Source: an uncultured Acidobacteriota bacterium
Lineage (GTDB): Bacteria > Acidobacteriota > UBA6911 > RPQK01 > JAPXNP01
DNA length: 36,810 bases
Direction of reading: 5' to 3'
NCBI GenBank assembly: GCA_964484155.1
Contig: CAZAEY010000003.1
Span: 25,196-62,005 of the forward strand
The notes beneath the pieces were generated by a model, which saw only the letters and a program-made list of their open reading frames with translations, made no database searches and was not told the origin of the DNA. The position numbers were made by a program, and so were the translations under genes. This document shows, in pieces, positions 31,285 through 36,810 of the stretch (positions within the stretch are counted from its first letter, which is position 1; the number at the start of each line of letters is the position of its first letter).

Positions 31285-31836
31285 ATGGAGAAGCTGGTGC
31301 GAGGGATTCTTGAAGAGATCGGCGAGAATCCGGCCCGCGAGGGATTGGTCAATACTCCTGAACGAGTGGCCCGCGCCTTTCGCTTCCTGACAAGCGGATA
31401 CCGCGAAGACATCGACCAGATTCTCAACGGCGCTCTCTTTGATGTGCATTACGATGAAATGGTCATCGTCAAGGATATTGAGATTTACAGCTTGTGCGAG
31501 CATCACCTCCTGCCGTTTTTCGGAAAATGCCACGTTGGATACATTCCGAACACAAAGGTGATCGGGTTGAGCAAGATTCCACGGATCGTCGAGGTGTTTG
31601 CCCGCAGACTGCAGGTGCAGGAGCGCCTGACCCAGCAAATCGCCGAAACCATTCGTGACAAAATCGATCCGAAAGGGGTGGCGGTCATCATTGAGGGCCA
31701 CCACCTGTGCATGATGATGAGAGGCGTTGAGAAGCAGAACAGCAGCATGATCACTTCCGCGATGCTGGGAATGTTCCGGGAGGATCAGCGCTCCAGGATG
31801 GAATTCTTGAACTTGGCCGGAGCGGCTTCGCGATGA
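31285..31836 (+). CDS. folE: GTP cyclohydrolase I
   Basis: [48 protein letters not shown]; alternative ATG at 31279. Confidence 0.98.
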   Translation: MEKLVRGILEEIGENPAREGLVNTPERVARAFRFLTSGYREDIDQILNGALFDVHYDEMVIVKDIEIYSLCEHHLLPFFGKCHVGYIPNTKVIGLSKIPRIVEVFARRLQVQERLTQQIAETIRDKIDPKGVAVIIEGHHLCMMMRGVEKQNSSMITSAMLGMFREDQRSRMEFLNLAGAASR

Positions 31837-33266
31837 ACGGACTCCGCGTCTTGATGAGGATATCGCTTGGGCTGGCATTGTTCGCGCCTGGTCTTTCGGC
31901 CCAGGATGAAAGCCGGCCGCCTGTGGAGCAGGAAGCGCCGATCCGGGTCGACGTCGATCTGGTGACCCTTCGGTTCACGGTCAAAGACGAATCCGGAAGT
32001 CTGCTCAACGATTTGGAGCCTCAGCACTTCGAGATCGTCGAAAACGGAGAATCCCGGCCGATTCAATTCTTCGAACCTCCCCGAAACACCGATGGAACGG
32101 AGAGCCCGCTATGGCTGGCCTTCCTGTTGGACGTAAGCGGGAGCACTTTCGCCACTCGGGCAGAAGTCATCCTGTCGGCCAGGACGTTTTTCGAAAACAT
32201 ACACGGATCCACTCAAATCGGAGTCTACGGATTCACCGATCAGCTGATTCCCTTCCAGAATTTCACCAGTGACAAGGCGGCTGCGTTGAGCGCTTTCAAC
32301 GTCGCTCGACGGCATCTCGGGCGGACCGCAATCTACGAATCCTTAAACGCCCTGATCGGACAAATGAAGGCGCAAGCGCCCGGGAACCGCCAGAAGGTCA
32401 TTATCGTCGTTTCGGACGGAATCGATGAGAATTACTCCCATCACGCGCAGTCGATCGCCTTGGCCCGCCAGGCAGGCGTAACGATCTACACGATCTGGGT
32501 GCCTTCTGCGTCGCAGCTCTATATTGGTTCGCGAACCGCGGCCGCTCACTCGCCGATTCCGCAAAGCGACGATGAACTGGCGAAGGAAAGAGCCTTCAGC
32601 CGCCTTTCCGAAATGACAGGGGGCCGGCACTTCGCCGGGTTCGAGACGATCCTTGACCTGGACAACGTCTTGGCAGAGATCAATGAGGAAGTGTTCGGAA
32701 ACCTGTATTCAGTGGGCTACCAGACTCAGTTGCCCTATCTGCACCGTCAAGATCGAGACATCCGAATCCAGGTCGATGTTCCGGGTGCGCAGGCGCAAGG
32801 CGTGTCCAGAAAATTGCCGGAAGTGCTGGACTCGCGCAAGCGATTCATCGCGGCCCTGTTCGAAGACTCCGGTCTTTCGGCTCTGGCCCGCACCGACGCT
32901 GAGTTTCGTGAGATCGGTGCTCAACTGGACCTGATGCGGGCAACGCGCGAAGGAGGCCAGTTGGGGGTGCCCTTCCGCCTCCGCATCAATCCTTTCGGGC
33001 TCCGACAGGACGAACGAGAGGGGGTTCGGACCCAGCTCGGAATCATCGGGCTGCTGATCGATCAGGACGGCGCCGAGGCGGTGCGGCTCAGAGAGATCTT
33101 CCGGGCCGATATGGATCCGAAAGACCTGCGCAGCGGGCGCAGCATTCTCTACACGAACAAAATGTTCGCGCCTCCGGGAATCTATGACTTCAAGCTGGCC
33201 ATTTTGGAGATCCAAACCTGGAGGATCACTCTTTTTCGCGACCGGGTCCACGTCGCGGAACCATAG
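31833..33266 (+). CDS. Secreted VWA-domain protein (acidobacterial VWFA type) with an extra C-terminal domain
   Basis: Signal peptide; [12 protein letters not shown]; F.I.ENG; MIDAS DVSGS..T..SDG; TGG; Y.VGY; ATGA overlap with folE. Confidence 0.88.
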   Translation: MNGLRVLMRISLGLALFAPGLSAQDESRPPVEQEAPIRVDVDLVTLRFTVKDESGSLLNDLEPQHFEIVENGESRPIQFFEPPRNTDGTESPLWLAFLLDVSGSTFATRAEVILSARTFFENIHGSTQIGVYGFTDQLIPFQNFTSDKAAALSAFNVARRHLGRTAIYESLNALIGQMKAQAPGNRQKVIIVVSDGIDENYSHHAQSIALARQAGVTIYTIWVPSASQLYIGSRTAAAHSPIPQSDDELAKERAFSRLSEMTGGRHFAGFETILDLDNVLAEINEEVFGNLYSVGYQTQLPYLHRQDRDIRIQVDVPGAQAQGVSRKLPEVLDSRKRFIAALFEDSGLSALARTDAEFREIGAQLDLMRATREGGQLGVPFRLRINPFGLRQDEREGVRTQLGIIGLLIDQDGAEAVRLREIFRADMDPKDLRSGRSILYTNKMFAPPGIYDFKLAILEIQTWRITLFRDRVHVAEP

Positions 33267-33330
33267 TCCGAATTTCTCAAACCCCTCCTGCTGCGTCGTC
33301 GCGACGGAGGGGTTTGAGAAATCCGGGCTG
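33264..33330. repeat. Palindromic MITE-like or bidirectional-terminator-like element
   Basis: Perfect 17-bp arms ATTTCTCAAACCCCTCC (33272-33288) and GGAGGGGTTTGAGAAAT (33306-33322), extended imperfectly by TAGTCCG/CGGGCTG; lies between convergent genes. Confidence 0.75.
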
Positions 33331-33435
33331 GCGCTTTCGCGCCCCTTCGGGGCGCCCCGATCTGTCCGGATCCATCACCCAGGGTGTCGCTGCGATTCAC
33401 ACTGCGCTGAAAAGATCGCGCCCCTTCAGGGCATC
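33331..33435. repeat. REP-like multi-hairpin element, copy B
   Basis: GCGCCCCTTCGGGGCG ... ACCCAGGGTGTCGCTGCGATTCACACTGCGCTG ... GCCCCTTCAGGGCATC; aligns with 2613-2719. Confidence 0.85.
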
Positions 33436-33519
33436 TGCAATTTGAAGTTTTAAGTCAAAAGGAGGCGGCCAAAGCCGCGACTGGTCCCGCGATCCGCTGG
33501 GGCTTTTTCAACGGTTTCT

Positions 33520-34218
33520 TTACGGGTTCTCTGACGGGCGCGGACGAATGCGTCGTTCCGCTTCTCTTCGCACGCGCTCCATTTCCGCCTGAAACTCCGC
33601 CAGCCATTCGGTTTCCGAGCGGGAGTCGTCGATCGACATGGGGTTTCCGAAACAGACGACCATTCTGCTGAAAGGCCGGGGGATGCGGAAGCGGTCCCAG
33701 CTGCGCAGGCTCCAGTATTTCTCGGGCTCGATGTGAAACGGCAGAATCGGGCTCCCGCTTTTCCCGGAAAGCCAGATTGGTCCGGGTTTGACTTGATAGA
33801 TGGGGCCCCTGGGCCCGTCAATGGTGAAGGCCACGTCCCGTCCGATCGAAAGATGCTTCTTGAGTTCCAGCAGCGCTCGCACGGCGCCTCTGGTGCTCGA
33901 CCCCCGCGCCGTCCCGTATCCGAATTTTTCAATGATGCGTGCGATAAACTCTCCGTCGGCATGTCGGCTGGTGATGACCACGATGTCTTGGAAGCGGAAG
34001 TGGTAAGTGGCAAAGAAGATTTGGTTGTGCCAGAAGCACAGGATCGCGGGACGGCCCTCCTCTCGCAGTCGATTCCTATGGTCGCCGTTGACAACGGTGA
34101 ATCTCAGGGTTCTGCAAATCGCCTGGACGGCCATCGCTCCGACCAATGAAATCAACCTGATTTTCAGCTTCCACAGGATCGAGCGCCGCGATTTAGGCGC
34201 CTTCATTTTGCTTATCAC
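33520..34218 (-). CDS. DUF374 / lysophospholipid acyltransferase-family protein
   Basis: FWHNQ, SRHADGEFIA, RGSSTRG, DGPRGP, SWDRF.IP.PFS; start GTG 34218 or ATG 34206. Confidence 0.9.
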   Translation of the reverse strand: MISKMKAPKSRRSILWKLKIRLISLVGAMAVQAICRTLRFTVVNGDHRNRLREEGRPAILCFWHNQIFFATYHFRFQDIVVITSRHADGEFIARIIEKFGYGTARGSSTRGAVRALLELKKHLSIGRDVAFTIDGPRGPIYQVKPGPIWLSGKSGSPILPFHIEPEKYWSLRSWDRFRIPRPFSRMVVCFGNPMSIDDSRSETEWLAEFQAEMERVRREAERRIRPRPSENP

Positions 34219-34226
34219 TGTCCGAA

Positions 34227-34235
34227 ACTATAATA
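34227..34235. promoter_or_regulatory. Overlapping divergent -10 elements
   Basis: Plus strand TATAAT 34229-34234, 7 nt before GTG 34242; minus strand TATAGT 34227-34232, 8 nt before GTG 34218. Confidence 0.6.
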
Positions 34236-34241
34236 GGAACC

Positions 34242-34922
34242 GTGCCTGAGAACACCCTGTTCAGTTACTACACCGAGGAAGCGGAAGAAGTGATCCGCAG
34301 CCGATCCTCGGCGAGCTGGAGCCGAGGAGAGCCGGCGCTGATGGACCGGGACTGGAGCGGAAGGTCGGCGCTTCGGGACAAGGGCCCGGGTTGGAACAAC
34401 CTGACCCGCGTGTGTTCGGCGTGGGGCAAGGACGCCCTCTATTTCTATTTCGAATGCTGGTTCGAAGAACTGAATGTGAAGGCCGAACTCGGTGAGGGAG
34501 GTCCGGTCGATCGTCTTTGGGAGCAGGATGTCGCCGAGGTCTTTCTCCGTCCGAAAGGCTGCGACGACTATTTCGAAATCGAGGTCAGTCCACTGGGTCA
34601 GTGGCTTGACCTGCACATCATTCGACCGCGCATCGACGTGGATTTCCAGTGGCGGTCGCTCCTTGAAGTGGATATCGAAACGGACTTCGAGTCGAAGCGC
34701 TGGCGGGCTTTCCTGCGTTTGCCCTTCGATTCCTTTCTGCGCGCCAGCAGTCTGGTTTCTCCGCCTCTCCCCGGCGATGCATGGAGGCTGAACATGTGTC
34801 GAATCGCGGGCAGGGCGCCGAACCGGGAATTTCTGTCCTGGCGGCCTACTTTCACTCGTGAACCTGATTTTCACGTTCCGGCGTCGTTTGGAAATCTGAT
34901 CTTTCTTCGGGAAACGGATTGA
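34242..34922 (+). CDS. Carbohydrate-binding family 9-like (DOMON-like) protein, no signal peptide
   Basis: W...ALYFYFEC, LWEQDVAEVFL, YFEIEVSPLG, WRLNMCR, SWRPT, FH.P..FG.L.F. Confidence 0.8.
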   Translation: MPENTLFSYYTEEAEEVIRSRSSASWSRGEPALMDRDWSGRSALRDKGPGWNNLTRVCSAWGKDALYFYFECWFEELNVKAELGEGGPVDRLWEQDVAEVFLRPKGCDDYFEIEVSPLGQWLDLHIIRPRIDVDFQWRSLLEVDIETDFESKRWRAFLRLPFDSFLRASSLVSPPLPGDAWRLNMCRIAGRAPNREFLSWRPTFTREPDFHVPASFGNLIFLRETD

Positions 34923-34928
34923 CCGGAA

Positions 34929-35747
34929 ATGTCCTTTGATGTCGCCTCACTTTCCGTGGCTGAAATCCATAGGCGACTCAATGACGCAGAGAGTCCGCCG
35001 GCCGCGGAATTCCTGGCGGCGCTAAGGCTCGACTCTCGGAAAGGCGTGCGCGCCCTTTGCCGCAGACTGCAAAGCCGGGAGCGACGCAGAGAGCTCCGGC
35101 GATCTCGTTTGGATGCTTTGCTGCGTATTGAGCGAGCGCTTTGGCGCCAGGGCGTGCATTGGGTTGCCGGAGTCGACGAAGCCGGCGTGGGACCATTGGC
35201 CGGACCGGTTGTCGCCGCAGCCGTCATTCTGCATCCCGGAACGGAAATGCTGGGAGTCGACGACTCCAAAAAGCTCACGCCCGCCCAACGCGAAAATTCC
35301 GCTCGGCAAGTGCTAGGATTGGCGGCCGCCGTGGCGGTCGGCGTGGCGTCCGTTGAGGAAATCGACTCCATCAATATTCTGCAGGCCTCCAGGCTTGCAA
35401 TGGCTCGCGCCGTCGGCAGCCTGCAGATCGATCCCGAGTTCGTGCTGGTTGACGCCCGCCGGATTCCCGGATTGGAGTCCCCCCAGCGTTCGCTGGAAAA
35501 GGGAGACAGCCGAAGCCTCTCGATCGCCGCGGCCTCCATCATCGCAAAGACCCGTCGCGACCGGATGATGGTGGAGCTGGACTTTCAGTTTCCGGGGTAC
35601 GGGTTCGCCCGCCATAAAGGCTATCCGACTGCGGCCCATCGTCAGGCCCTGCGAAAGCTGGGCGCCTGTTCCGCTCACCGCAACTCTTTTTCGCTGACGC
35701 CTCAGTCCTCCGATTGGTGCGAAGTGGACTCTTTCCGCTTAAAATAA
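34929..35747 (+). CDS. rnhB: Ribonuclease HII with an N-terminal helical extension
   Basis: AGVDEAGVGPLAGPVVAAAV, DDSKKL, EEIDSINIL, KGDSRSLSIAAASIIAK, HKGYPT, HRNSF; N-terminal D.RKGV motif. Confidence 0.97.
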   Translation: MSFDVASLSVAEIHRRLNDAESPPAAEFLAALRLDSRKGVRALCRRLQSRERRRELRRSRLDALLRIERALWRQGVHWVAGVDEAGVGPLAGPVVAAAVILHPGTEMLGVDDSKKLTPAQRENSARQVLGLAAAVAVGVASVEEIDSINILQASRLAMARAVGSLQIDPEFVLVDARRIPGLESPQRSLEKGDSRSLSIAAASIIAKTRRDRMMVELDFQFPGYGFARHKGYPTAAHRQALRKLGACSAHRNSFSLTPQSSDWCEVDSFRLK

Positions 35748-35878
35748 AAGCTGTACGGAATGAAGGCTGCGCTTTTCCGATCGCCCGCCATGGGCATGGC
35801 CAGGCAAGCGGCGTTTGGGCGCCGGCCCGTTCCGCGAGGCCGGCTGAAGCAGCCAGCCGGCGGAGAGTGGACCCATCG

Positions 35879-36535
35879 ATGACCGAGTCCTTCGAATTGG
35901 AAAGACAAAGAATGGTCGAAGGGCAGCTGCGCCGCCGGGGCATCTCGGACGAAAGGGTGTTGGATGCATTCCTTCGAGTGCCCCGGCATCGTTTCGTGGC
36001 GCCCGACCAGCAACACGAGGCTTACCGCGACTCTCCCCTGCCGATCGGACTGAATCAAACGATCAGCCAGCCCTATATGGTGGCGACCATGACCGAAAAG
36101 GCGGAACTGCGGCCTTCGGACCGGGTCCTCGAGATCGGGACAGGCAGCGGATACCAGGCCGCAATCCTGGCGCTGCTTTGTCGTGAAGTATATACGGTCG
36201 AACGTCACAGCGCGCTCTCATTGCGCGCCCGTACAGTGCTCGGCGAACTCGGTTATTCCAATATTTACTTCAAGGTCGACGACGGAAACCTTGGATGGCG
36301 AGAGAATGCGCCCTTTGACGCGATCATCGTGACGGCTGGAGCCCCGACCCTTCCCAGGGCGCTGGTTGCGCAGTTGGCCGAAAGCGGCCGACTGGTCATT
36401 CCAATCGACGAAGGCGTCAGCCAGGTTCTTTACGTCATTCGCAAGACCGCCGACGGAATCTCCAGAGAGCGATGGGATCGCTGCAGCTTCGTGCCCCTGG
36501 TGAGTCAGCGCGACTCGTTCAACGGCGGGCCGTAA
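35879..36535 (+). CDS. pcm: Protein-L-isoaspartate O-methyltransferase
   Basis: VPRHRFV, AYRDSPLPIG.NQTISQPY, VLEIGTGSGYQAA, APFDAIIVTA, FVPLV. Confidence 0.97.
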   Translation: MTESFELERQRMVEGQLRRRGISDERVLDAFLRVPRHRFVAPDQQHEAYRDSPLPIGLNQTISQPYMVATMTEKAELRPSDRVLEIGTGSGYQAAILALLCREVYTVERHSALSLRARTVLGELGYSNIYFKVDDGNLGWRENAPFDAIIVTAGAPTLPRALVAQLAESGRLVIPIDEGVSQVLYVIRKTADGISRERWDRCSFVPLVSQRDSFNGGP

Positions 36536-36613
36536 TCCGGGGAATGAGGTAAGACAAAAAGACGCGTGGCTGGAAAACCCTCGACCTGCATTCCGACCCG
36601 CATGCAGCGCTGT

Positions 36614-36704
<91 letters not shown>

Positions 36705-36720
36705 GTGCGATCGGATCTCA

Positions 36721-36749
36721 AATATAGGGAAAAAGCCGGCCGCGTGCAA
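36721..36749 (-). promoter_or_regulatory. Sigma70 promoter of tRNA-Ser
   Basis: TTGCAC (36744-36749), 17 nt, TATATT (36721-36726). Confidence 0.65.
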
Positions 36750-36755
36750 GAGAAC

Positions 36756-36810
36756 CGTGCTACGTGCTACGTGCTACGTGCTACGTGCTACGTGCTACGT
36801 GCTACGTGCT
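36756..36810. repeat. Perfect heptamer tandem repeat (CGTGCTA)n, at least 7.9 units, truncated by the window end
   Basis: Read directly from the sequence. Confidence 0.98.

Noticed and set aside
36756-36810. CRISPR array or telomere-like end
   Set aside because: No spacers or cas genes; a simple tandem repeat in a core bacterial chromosome context.

Overview
A GC-rich bacterial core-chromosome segment around dnaA, probably from Acidobacteriota (inferred from a secreted acidobacterial-type VWA protein and the gene content). The minus-strand block runs rpsA-ihfB, dnaA-dnaN, gyrB-gyrA-TPR-membrane protein, rpsU, a nucleoside uptake/salvage operon (nupC-PNP-cdd-MtaD-like deaminase with a signal peptide), an MFP plus two RND permeases, hpt-HD protein, and acs. 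A PmtA-like methyltransferase on the plus strand sits within this block. The mostly plus-strand block runs rpmE-prfA-prmC-folE-VWA, DUF374 (minus), CBM9-like-rnhB, pcm and tRNA-Ser(GCT) (minus). I see no transposase, integrase, CRISPR array, prophage or recognisable defence system, and no clear-cut new multi-gene system. The best leads are: tandem NrdR-box-like sites 31 bp apart at the gyrBA promoter; an apparently exported nucleoside deaminase in a salvage operon; an RND adaptor with an STI1/DP-like C-terminal tail; envelope-targeted genes coupled to gyrA; several leaderless-type promoters including a bidirectional one; and several non-coding palindromic or tandem repeats. All calls come from reading motifs by eye; no searches were run.
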